From positions 416,001 to 480,000 of the forward strand of contig CAXWPL010000005.1 in the NCBI GenBank assembly GCA_963666215.2: a stretch of 64,000 bases of DNA. Direction: 5' to 3'. Position 1 is the first letter of the stretch. Each line of letters starts with the position of its first letter. The position numbers and the translations under genes were made by a program. This document shows, in pieces, positions 30,030 to 39,400 of the stretch. Source of the DNA: Acidobacteriota bacterium. GTDB lineage: Bacteria; Acidobacteriota; UBA890; WLXD01. Below the pieces are notes generated by a model, which made no database searches, had not been told where the DNA came from, and worked only from the letters and a program-made list of their open reading frames with translations.

Positions 30030-30851
30030 TCAACGCTCGACAGGTCCACGAGCCTCTCCTTCCTGCCCGTCTTCAAGGTGTTGGCCATCTCCCGCCGCAG
30101 CGGCCCGGAATCGCTCGGCTAGAGCCTTCTCGGCCTCTTCCGCGCGTTTGATTCGCTTCTCTTGCTTGAGCACCGCCCGGTACGACCGCTCCAAGAGCAT
30201 CTGGATGCCGCCTGCCTTCCCGGCTACGAGCAAGGTGTCTACGTACCAATCGAGACCTACGAGCGAGTCGGGGTGCGGATCCAAGTAGAAGCCGCTATCA
30301 ACTAGCTTCTCAACGATCCGCCAGCGCAGCGAGGAGCTGAGCTGCTCCAGCCCTGATCGCCAGAAATCGGGGTCATTGATGTCGCCACTGTTCATCTGAA
30401 CAAACTTCGAAGCTAGCGTCGCTGCGCCGGTCTCCGCCGTTTGTGGGGCCTTGTCCCGGCCAAGACATTCCTCTAGGTAGGCGCGCTCAAGAACAGAGAC
30501 TGGAACCGATCGCTCCTCAATCACGGCGACTAGAGCGTCCGGCCAAGCGCCGATCTCCCGACGCTCAAGGGCACGCGGCTCTCCGAGGAGATCGGCCAGC
30601 GGTACCTCCAGGGCTTCTGCGATCGCCTCGAGTGTGTCGACGCTCGGCGACGACGGATTCTCGGTGTCCGGGTTCTCGATGCGGGCAAGTGTCGAGGCCG
30701 AGATGCGCGCCTTCTTGCTGAGAACACGCGTTGTGTCCCCCCTCTCGTTGCGCTGGCTCCGAACTGCGGAGGCGATGGCGAGCGCTCGGGCTCTCTGCCG
30801 GGCTCTCTGCCGGGCTTTCTGTCGGTCGGTTGCTGTCATCTCTGATGTCAT
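30030..30851 (-). CDS. XRE-family HTH repressor (cI-like)
   Basis: LSKKARISASTLARIEN...PSVDTLEAIAEALEVPLADLLG; divergent from the cro-like gene. Confidence 0.8.
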   Translation of the reverse strand: MTSEMTATDRQKARQRARQRARALAIASAVRSQRNERGDTTRVLSKKARISASTLARIENPDTENPSSPSVDTLEAIAEALEVPLADLLGEPRALERREIGAWPDALVAVIEERSVPVSVLERAYLEECLGRDKAPQTAETGAATLASKFVQMNSGDINDPDFWRSGLEQLSSSLRWRIVEKLVDSGFYLDPHPDSLVGLDWYVDTLLVAGKAGGIQMLLERSYRAVLKQEKRIKRAEEAEKALAERFRAAAAGDGQHLEDGQEGEARGPVER

Positions 30852-30977
30852 GAATAGGTTCAACCTTGCGCTATCGTTTGAGGAAACAAAGAGCTATGAT
30901 CGTCTCTGCGGGGCCGGAGTTCCGATCTCGCGGACGATATCACCTCCCGCACCAGATTAGGAAGGTAGGTAGGCAGC

Positions 30978-31250
30978 ATGCGCGTCGGGAATCGGATTCA
31001 CGAGCTCCGAGGAACCACTCCGTTGCGGCTCATCGCGGCACGCGCTGATCTTCCCGAGACCAGCGTTTCCAGGGTCGCGGCAGGCGACGGCCCCGGACCG
31101 CTCGTCGCGACAGCACTCAAGATCGCTCGCGCCCTGCGGCGCCCAATTGGCGAGCTCTTTTACGCCGTCGAAGACGAATCACCGGCGGCGCTGGCCCCCT
31201 CCGATGATGGCGTCGCGGAGACGGCTAGCGAGCCGAGGCAGAGTCGCTAG
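30978..31250 (+). CDS. Cro-like XRE HTH protein
   Basis: NRIHELR..IAARADLPETSVSRV..P.VATALKIARALRRPIGELF. Confidence 0.8.
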   Translation: MRVGNRIHELRGTTPLRLIAARADLPETSVSRVAAGDGPGPLVATALKIARALRRPIGELFYAVEDESPAALAPSDDGVAETASEPRQSR

Positions 31251-31253
31251 ACG

Positions 31254-32178
31254 ATGGGGCGGTTGTTCGAGTGCACGGACCTCGATTTGCAGGATCTCGT
31301 CCTGAACGGGGAGCTCTCGCCACGGGCCTTCGACCTCCACCACTGGATGCGGTGCCGTGCTCGACGCTCCGCACCGCTCGGCGTGGTGAGGACATGCGCC
31401 CCCGATCTTGCTCGGGAGCGTGATCATTCTGTGGCGCAAGTTCACCACGACCTTCGGGAACTCGAGGGCGCCGCCCTATTGAAGCGATTTCGCACCGGAG
31501 GACAGCGCGGGCCGTACCCCATCGTTCTTGACCGGTTCTTCATCGAGCGGGACGGCGAGAGGTTCCGAATCGACGCTTCGAAGACGCACGACTGGCGCAA
31601 ACCGCACCTTGAGGCACTGCCAGCGCCGGGAAGGCGAACGAGCAGTCGACCCGTGGTCGAGGCAGAAGTCGAAGCGGCTGCAAGCGACCTCGCGCAAAGC
31701 TTTGACAACACGAGCCTTACAGGCGTTGCAACCAGCGGCGCGAACGTCGACGTGTCACTCGAGCCAAAGTCGGGCCGAGAGTCGAACCGGCAGGCCTATA
31801 AGGAAAACAAAGCTTCAAAGCTTCAAAGCTTCAAAGAAGCCGACGTCGCGCGCGCGCGTGAGGACCCGACGAGAAGACCATGACGTCGTCGACGGCGAAC
31901 TCGAAGTCCTCGATCGACTCAACGAACTCGCTAGAACGACCTGGGGATCCGGTCCTGCCACGAGGTACTTGCGCGAGCGCCTCAGTGGGATCGGCGGACG
32001 AAAGTACACGCCTGGAGAGTGCATCCAGGCTGTCAGGGAGGCCCATCTCCGCGATCTGGACTCACATCCGAAGCTCATATTCTCGGCATCCGTGCTTCCC
32101 GGCCTGCTCACGCCGAAGCCGAAGCGCAAGTCAGTCGACGGCCTTGATCTGCGGACGGGGTCGGATTGGGTCGGATGA
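31254..32178 (+). CDS. Putative replication initiator, split across two frames (shift between ~31810 and 31880)
   Basis: N-terminal wHTH-like region; AAAGCTTC x3 and an ARARE linker; the +1 frame continues to TGA 32178, which overlaps the dnaC ATG (ATGA). Confidence 0.6.
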
Positions 32179-32852
32179 TGCTGCCGATACCCGAGTGTCC
32201 GAAGTGCAGCGACACACTCTGGGTAGAGTGTCGAGACACGCGATTCGCGGACCGCTGCGAGTGCTTCGCTGGGCACAAGCTGCGGGTACTGCTACAGCGC
32301 GCTCAGATCCCCGAGCGCTACTCGAGCGTCTCGTTCGCCAGCTTCGACGTGACCCGTAGCCCGGACTCGGCGGCTGCGGTGGCCGCTTGCCGCGACTACG
32401 GGGCCGGACTCGGCGTCGGTGAGGTCGGTGGCCTGCTGCTCACGGGACCGCCCGGCAGCGGCAAGACTCACCTAGCTGTCGCCATCCTGCGGGCTGCGAT
32501 CGAGCGTGGCGTGCTTGCGTCGTTCTGGGACACGCAGCACCTGCTCGATTCGGTGCGGGCTACGTTCGGGCATGACGCAGAGCAGTCCGAAACGGCGCTG
32601 CTGAGACCGGCCGTGGAGGCCGAGTTGCTCGTGCTTGACGATCTGGGCAAGGAGCGCCGCACCGACTGGAACCGGTCGACGATCAGTGCCCTGATCAACG
32701 AGCGCTACAACCGCCGCCGGGCGACGGTGATCACGAGCAACTATGCGGCCGGCCTTGCTGACCACGTCGGCGACCGGATCGACAGCCGAATCGCCGAGAT
32801 GTGTCGGGTGGTGCGATTGACCGCTGATGACTACCGAAAGCGCGAGCTCTGA
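32175..32852 (+). CDS. DnaC/IstB-like AAA+ helicase loader
   Basis: CPKC..CEC Zn motif; GPPGSGKTHLA (Walker A); LLVLDDLG (Walker B); TVITSN; DRIDSRI; DDYR. Confidence 0.9.
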   Translation: MMLPIPECPKCSDTLWVECRDTRFADRCECFAGHKLRVLLQRAQIPERYSSVSFASFDVTRSPDSAAAVAACRDYGAGLGVGEVGGLLLTGPPGSGKTHLAVAILRAAIERGVLASFWDTQHLLDSVRATFGHDAEQSETALLRPAVEAELLVLDDLGKERRTDWNRSTISALINERYNRRRATVITSNYAAGLADHVGDRIDSRIAEMCRVVRLTADDYRKREL

Positions 32853-33094
32853 TGCACTCCCCCGCCCCGCAGCCCAGCGAGCTCGCGGAGGTGGCGCGCC
32901 TCTACCCCGACACTGACCAACCAATACCTGCGCTCTGGACAGTCACAGAGGTCGCCGAGTTTCTCGGCGTCCACCAAAAGACCGTAGAAAAGATGGCCTC
33001 GCGAGGCGAGTTCCCCGGCCACATGGTCCGCAGCCGCCGAAGGTTCTATCCTCCCGAGATTCTGGCGTGGCTTCTGGAGCAACCTGGGGGGTGA
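32852..33094 (+). CDS. Excisionase-like (HTH_17) DNA-binding protein
   Basis: LWTVTEVAEFLGVHQKTVEKMASRGEFPG...RRF..EILAWL. Confidence 0.85.
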   Translation: MHSPAPQPSELAEVARLYPDTDQPIPALWTVTEVAEFLGVHQKTVEKMASRGEFPGHMVRSRRRFYPPEILAWLLEQPGG

Positions 33095-34230
33095 CGGTGA
33101 CGAGGAGCAAGCGACTCAAGGGCGTTCACTACCGCAGCGAGCGCGAACGGTGGTTCGCCGAGCGCTACTACCGTGGCCACACCGAGCGCGGCCCGCTGCG
33201 CGAGACGCAATGGGAGGCAGTCGAGGATCGCGCCGCCATGGATCGGGCCGTCAGGGAAGGCACGTTCTTTGAGCTGTACGGGCCATCGGCAGCGACCACG
33301 CTCTGCGAGAGCATCGATCCGTACCTTGAGTACTGCGCTACCGAGGGGAACGTCGCGAACACCCTACGCGACAAGCGCCGCCACTTGGTCGTCATCGCCG
33401 AGTTCCTCGACAACAAGCGCTCGGACCACGTCACCAAGTTCGACGTCGAGCGACTCCGGTCAGCATTGCGCAAGCGCGTCGTGCCAGGCGGCGGTCTCAT
33501 GACCGGCCCCACCGCCAACCGCTACATGTCGACGTTCTCGGACCTGATGTCCTACCTGAAAGACACGGGCGCCACTAGCACCAACCCGGTAAAGGGCTTC
33601 AAGCGGTACAAGGAACAACGACGCACCGCCGTAGCCCCTGACGAAGCTGTGGTGGCCTCCCTGCTCGAGGCGGCTCACGTTGCTCCGCTACCCTGGATGG
33701 ACGTGCTCATCGTGTCGCTGTTCGACGTCGGCTGCCGTATCCGCGAGCTCTTGAGTACGCCTCAGAGCGCGGTCGACCTCGACTGGTGTGACCCAAGAAC
33801 CGGCGAGAGAGCAGGGATGATCCACCCACCGCCCTCGAAGCGAGGCATGGAGATCGGCCTTGCCCTCACGAGCCAAGCTCGACAAACCCTGCGCCGTCAC
33901 CTCGACGTTACGCCCGGCCCCTGGCTGTTCCCCCACCCCAAAGACCCGCAGAGGCGATGCGACTACGGCCGTGTCCGCAGCTCGTTTCAGAAAATCGCCG
34001 CAGCAGCCAGACTCCCCGCGCTCACGATGCACGAACTACGGGCTGGCTGCGCCACCGAGCTCGCCAAGCTCGGGGCCGGCGAGAAGGAAGTGCAGCTAAT
34101 GCTGCGAGACAAGACCGCCTACATGGCCGATATCTACGTGCGCATCGACGAGAGCCATACTGCGTCGCTGGCTTCCCGCAGGGACCGCTCTCGCAACGTT
34201 CACGAGTTCAGGAAGAGCGCCGAAAAATGA
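33091..34230 (+). CDS. Tyrosine recombinase / phage integrase
   Basis: N-terminal arm-binding region; TANRY, TNPV, GCRIRELL (R), SKRG (K), MHELR (HxxR), ADIY (Y); GTGA coupling to xis. Confidence 0.9.
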   Translation: MTVTRSKRLKGVHYRSERERWFAERYYRGHTERGPLRETQWEAVEDRAAMDRAVREGTFFELYGPSAATTLCESIDPYLEYCATEGNVANTLRDKRRHLVVIAEFLDNKRSDHVTKFDVERLRSALRKRVVPGGGLMTGPTANRYMSTFSDLMSYLKDTGATSTNPVKGFKRYKEQRRTAVAPDEAVVASLLEAAHVAPLPWMDVLIVSLFDVGCRIRELLSTPQSAVDLDWCDPRTGERAGMIHPPPSKRGMEIGLALTSQARQTLRRHLDVTPGPWLFPHPKDPQRRCDYGRVRSSFQKIAAAARLPALTMHELRAGCATELAKLGAGEKEVQLMLRDKTAYMADIYVRIDESHTASLASRRDRSRNVHEFRKSAEK

Positions 34231-34320
34231 ACGTTTCCTACCCAAATCCCTTCCCGGACCTTTCGGCACTCGACCGGCAACGAGGCGGAACACCCTGCTC
34301 TACAATGACTTACACCTTTT

Positions 34321-34404
34321 GCCGGGGTGGCGGAATTGGCAGACGCGCCGGATTCAAAATCCGGTGACCGCAAGGTCGTGAGGGTTCAAGTCCCTCCCTC
34401 GGTA
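34321..34404 (+). tRNA. tRNA-Leu(CAA)
   Basis: Acceptor stem GCCGGGG/CCTCGGT; D arm GGCGGAATTGGCAGACGC; anticodon arm CCGGA-TTCAAAA-TCCGG; long variable arm; GGTTCAAGTCC T loop; CCA not encoded. Confidence 0.95.
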
Positions 34405-34425
34405 CTTGAAAGCACCGGTTCGGCA

Positions 34426-35958
34426 TCAGGCCAGGAACATCGCGTACGCCGGATTGTCGCTCTCCTCCCAGTGCGGATAGCCGAGCTCGGTAAGGTGTGC
34501 CTCGAGTTCGTCCGAGTCCTCGTCGGGCACCTGGATGCCGACGAGGACTCGGCCATGGTCGGAGCCGTGATTCCTGTAGTGGAATAGGCTGACGTTCCAG
34601 TTTGCGCCGATCGCCGTCAGGAAATCGAGTAGCGCACCGGGACGTTCCGGAAACTCGAAGCGGAACAGTCGTTCGTTCTCGAGGTTGGCCGCCCTGCCGC
34701 CGACCATGTGCCGGATGTGAACCTTCGCCATCTCGTCATCGCTCAGGTCGACGAGCGGATAGCCGCGCCCCCGCAGCTTCTCGATCAGTTCCGCTCGTTC
34801 CTGCGCACCACGACGGAGTTCGATGCCGACGAAGATGTGCGCGTTCTTCGGGTCGCTGTAGCGGTAATTGAATTCGGTGACGCCGCGCCGGCCGACGGCT
34901 TCCGAGAACGCCTTGAAACTGCCGCGTCTCTCCGGGATCTCGACCGCCAGCAACATCTCCTGTTGTTCACCAACGGCGGCGCGCTCGGCGATATGACGCA
35001 GCCGGTCGAAGTTGATGTTGGCGCCGCCGTTGATCACCACGACCGTCTCGTCTCGCGCTGCGTGTTCGGCGAGATACTGCTTCGCGCCGGCGACCGCCAG
35101 CGCTCCGGCAGGCTCGACGATCGAGCGCGTGTCCTCGAATATGTCGCGAATGGCGGCGCAGATCTGATCCGTGTCGACGGTGACGAAATCGTCGACCAGC
35201 TCTCGGCAGAGGCGAAAGGTCTCCTCGCCCACCTGCTTAACGGCGACGCCGTCGGCAAAGATGCCGACGTGCTCCAGGATGATGCGCTCGCCGGCAGCGA
35301 CAGAGTCCCGCATCACCGCCGAATCCCCCGGCTCGACGCCGATCACGCGGATCTCCGGCCGTTTAGCCTTGATATACGCCGCGATTCCCGAGATGAGTCC
35401 GCCACCGCCGATGGGAACGAAGACGGCGCTCACGGCTTCGTCTGCCTGCTCGAGGATCTCCTTGCCAATCGTGCCCTGGCCGGCGATGACTGCGGGATCG
35501 TCGAAGGGGTGGATGAACGTCAGGCCGTCGGTCTTCTCGAGCTCCCGAGCCCTGAAATAAGCATCGTCGTAGGTGTCGCCATGCAATACCACCTCGCCCC
35601 CCAGCGCCCTGACAGCATCCACCTTGATGCTCGGTGTCGTAACCGGCATGACGATTACCGCCCGCGCGCCCTTCCGTCGTGCGGCGAGTGCCACGCCCTG
35701 CGCGTGGTTTCCGGCCGAGCTGCATATGATCCCAGCGCCCAGCCTCTGCTGCGAGAGCGATGCGATCTTGTTGTAAGCGCCGCGGAGCTTGAACGAGAAG
35801 ACCGGCTGCAGGTCCTCGCGCTTCAGCAGGATACGGTTGCCGAGTCGCGCAGACAGGTTGCCGGCGAGTTCGAGCGGGGTCCTCGTCGCCACTTCATAGA
35901 CGACCGCCACATCGATGAGATCGACGTAGTCCTCCGCTCGCCTTCGTGAATACGCCAT
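34426..35958 (-). CDS. ilvA: Threonine ammonia-lyase, biosynthetic
   Basis: KREDLQPVFSFKLRGA, SAGNHAQG, PIGGGGL, two ACT domains (EFNYR, FPERPGAL, FHYRNHG). Confidence 0.96.
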   Translation of the reverse strand: MAYSRRRAEDYVDLIDVAVVYEVATRTPLELAGNLSARLGNRILLKREDLQPVFSFKLRGAYNKIASLSQQRLGAGIICSSAGNHAQGVALAARRKGARAVIVMPVTTPSIKVDAVRALGGEVVLHGDTYDDAYFRARELEKTDGLTFIHPFDDPAVIAGQGTIGKEILEQADEAVSAVFVPIGGGGLISGIAAYIKAKRPEIRVIGVEPGDSAVMRDSVAAGERIILEHVGIFADGVAVKQVGEETFRLCRELVDDFVTVDTDQICAAIRDIFEDTRSIVEPAGALAVAGAKQYLAEHAARDETVVVINGGANINFDRLRHIAERAAVGEQQEMLLAVEIPERRGSFKAFSEAVGRRGVTEFNYRYSDPKNAHIFVGIELRRGAQERAELIEKLRGRGYPLVDLSDDEMAKVHIRHMVGGRAANLENERLFRFEFPERPGALLDFLTAIGANWNVSLFHYRNHGSDHGRVLVGIQVPDEDSDELEAHLTELGYPHWEESDNPAYAMFLA

Positions 35959-36160
35959 GCTGTTACGCGGCCGTCGGCTATTTGGGATCGTCGTCGCGGT
36001 CCGGGAGGTTGATCTCGGTGAGTTCGAGCTCACCAACCCTCCACTGGGTCTCGTCACGATCCGCCAATGACAACCCGGACCCGTTTGTCCAGCGTGATGA
36101 TAGTGCGCGCTGCCCGCATGACGCGATCGATCGGTGCGGAGCGCAGCCGGCGTCTAGGAG

Positions 36161-36228
36161 TGGAGTTGCCCCGATTACGTGGACGGTCTAGAGAACCTCG
36201 TAGTGCCCCAGTGTCTTGCCGACCATGA
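36161..36228. pseudogene. Solo IS3-like terminal repeat fused to a Ser/Thr kinase start remnant
   Basis: TGGAGTTGCCCCGATTACGTGGACGG resembles IS3-family IRs; minus strand MVGKTLGHYEVL* is a kinase N-terminus ending at CTAG. Confidence 0.45.
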
Positions 36229-36418
36229 CGCCCATCCTCCCACCGCTCGAAGGGCGTCTCAACGCAGGGGGGGCGGCCGGCCCAGGAACGACGAGGCTTC
36301 TTGACAAATCTTTGCCCGACTTTACGGTTTCTTGACAGCGATTAGGCGGCCAACCGGGTCATAAGTACCGTACGACCGACCGGTACGCGACGGGTCCCCT
36401 CCGGAGAAGGACGTCAAG

Positions 36419-39400
36419 ATGACCGTGCGCATGGTTTTGGCCTCCGTGTTGGTGCTCTCGCTCGGATCTAGCGTTTCGGGCCTGGCCGAGACGGGCCCGG
36501 CGGCCGCTGGCCGGGCGCCAACGAAACTCACGTTCATGGGATGGAACATTCGGGGGCAGGGGCAGAACCAGACCTGGAATGTAGCCAGGGCGAGCATAAT
36601 CGCGTACCTGCTGGAATCCGGCGCCGAGATCATCGCTCTCCAGGAGGCTCGCAGCGCGGTAGCCGACATGATGGCGGATCCCGACCTGGCCGCCCGGTAT
36701 GCCTTCTACCAGACAGCGAGCGACAACCCGATTCTGATCGATAGGTCGCTTCCCCTCACGGTGGTCGACGACGGACCCAGCGGGGTCGGACTCTGCAGCG
36801 AAGGGACCGTCGCCACGATTCAGATGCCGTCGCTAGAGAGCTCCTTTCGCCTCCACAACGACCACTTCTGCTTCGATGGCACGCGGAATGCCACGGACGG
36901 CAGCGATTTGGTGAGCGCTGCGGACCCGGCCAACGGGTCTCAGATGGTCGTGGCGATTGGCGATTTGAACACGAGCCGCGGATTCAACCCCGACACGATC
37001 TCCAACCTGTTGAGCTCCGGGTTCATCGATACCTGGGAGCACACCAACAACCCCCTGAGAAAACCCGACGTCGAGTGGATCTTGGTCAATGCTGCGCTGC
37101 TGGGCGATGCGTTGGTTTCGAACACCAGCGCCGATGCCAGCTGTAGCGCCGAGACGGCGGACGGGAACTGTTCGGATCATCGAGCTTTCTTTGTCGACAT
37201 CGAGTTTGGAGCGGAGTTCGGCCTGGCTGCCAAGCCGCCCAAGCGCACCTTCGGAGAGGTCGAAGTCGGCAAGGCAGTGCTGCGGAAGGTCACCGTAATG
37301 AACCACGCACGACAGGACATCGACATCTCTGCGATCAACATCACCGGCCGCCATCGCGCGCGGTTCACGCTGCCGGCCGGCAGGGACGCCTGCTCGAGCA
37401 CCGTGTTGACCCCTCAGCAGTCCTGCCGACTCCAGGTCCGTTTCGAGCCCACTGCGAAGGGGCAGAAGCGGGCCAATGCCGTCATCAACTCCAACGACCC
37501 CAACGGCGGCAAGATTCGAGTGAAGTTGCGCGGCACGGCGGTGGCCGATCGCCTCGCAACAGGCGGCGTCGAAAGCTCTTCGCGGGCCGACGGACAGAAC
37601 CGGAACCCGGATGAGCTCGTGTTGATCAACGGCAACATCCTGACGATGGACAGGTTCGACCGCGTCGTCTCGGGGGTCAGGATCCGCGACGGACGGTTCG
37701 TGGAGGTCGGTGACGACGTCTCGGTCGAGGGCTCTGAAGACCAGGTGATCGACCTCGGCGGCAGGACGGTGACCCCGGGGCTGATCGACACCCACATCCA
37801 CTATTTCCGCGATGCCCATATACCCGGACACCTCCTCTCGGCCATCGAGCGGGTCTTCACGATCCCGGACCTGCTCAGAGCGGTGACCGAGCGCGCCGCC
37901 ACCGTCCGGGCCGGCGAGTTCATCACCGTTGTGGGCAGATTCAACCCGAGCCAGTTTGCTGAGAACCGGCTACCGACGCTCGCCGAGCTCGACGGCGCCG
38001 CGCCGAATCACGCTGTGTACCTGCAAACGGGCTTCGACGGTCCCGCCACCACCAACACTCTGGGGAAGGAGTACTTCGAGGCCCACGGGGTCGTCGTCAA
38101 CCCCAGCGGCGCATTCAACAGAGGGCAGACTCCTGCGCCTGTGCAGGCTCTGTTCGATGAGTTCACCAACGCCGAGGCCCTGCGGACGGTGAGCGAGTAC
38201 ATGCGGTTCTCGGCCTCTCTGGGGCTGACGATGGTGCAGAACTACTCGGGGTGCGGCGGCCTCGGGCCCCTGCCGGCCGGCACCCTGTGCGAAGACAACT
38301 TCCTCGACCTGTGGCGGAGAGCGGGATTGCTTCTACGGATTCGTTCCTCCGTGGGAGGCACGGGCACCCAAACCGATGCGAGTGGCATCTATCAGGTTGT
38401 TCTGGATGCGGAAGCTGCCTTGCAGGAGCTGGAAGATCTGGGAGGAGGCGACGACATGTTCGATTTCTCCGCGACCGGAGAATTCGTGGTCGGCAACTTC
38501 GGCTCCACGAGTGCCCCCTTCGAGGACGCCTACCGGCAGATCGCGGAACGCGGCTGGTCGCTGCGCCAGCACTCGATCAGCACGATGGAAAACGAAGCCC
38601 ACATCGCCGCTTTCGAGGCGGTCGACTCCGCTGTCCCCATCGCCGAGATGCGCTGGGCGATCGAGCACGTGTTCTCGATAGGCCTCGACCACATCCGCCG
38701 GCTCGGACAGATAGGCGCCGGCGCGACGGTTCAGAATCAGCAGTACCTGCTGGGAGGCAGCGGGCCCCCGTATCGAGACCTCCTCGACAGCGGCATCTCC
38801 TTGTCGGCCGGGACCGACGCCTCGGCCATCAGCCCCATGAGTCCCTGGATCTCGCTCTACCACATGGTCACCGGGAGGGATGCATCCGGAAGGCTGGTGA
38901 ACTCTGGTCAACAGATCACCAGGATGGAGGCGCTTCGGATCTACACGATGGGCGGGGCTTGGCATACGTTCGACGACGAGGAGACGGGCTCGATCGAAGT
39001 CGGCAAACTGGCCGATCTGGCGGTCTTGAGCGACGAGTACCTGACGGTCCCGGACGAAGAAATCCGCACTTTGACGTCCGTGCTGACACTGGTCGGTGGG
39101 GCAACTGTCCACTCGGCGGCCGAGTTCGTTTCCTCGAAGCCCGCCAAGGCCAAGAACCTCCGCGCCGTAGACGTGGCACCCACCGAGCTCACCTTGCGCT
39201 GGAACGACCGATCGGACAACGAGGATTCGTTCGAGATCCAGATGCAGCCGCCGGGAGGGAGCTTCGGGATCGCCGCGATCGTCGGCGCTGACGTCGACGA
39301 GGTGACGATCACCGACCTGACGCCGGTCACGACCTACAGGTTCCGAGTCCGCGCCCTAGCTGTGTTTTCTAAGTAGGTTGTTCACATCGGGGCTCACTTC

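Larger units (their letters stand above)
29601..34320. mobile_element. Phage-satellite-like / defective prophage element adjacent to the 5' end of tRNA-Leu
   Basis: HGGxSTG gene, divergent cI/cro, rep, DnaC-like ATPase, xis and tyrosine integrase; no capsid, tail or lysis genes; left end abuts the IS5 remnant. Confidence 0.8.

Noticed and set aside
32175-32852. IS21 IstB helper ATPase
   Set aside because: No IstA transposase or IS21 ends; the N-terminal Zn motif and position after rep fit a phage DnaC-like loader
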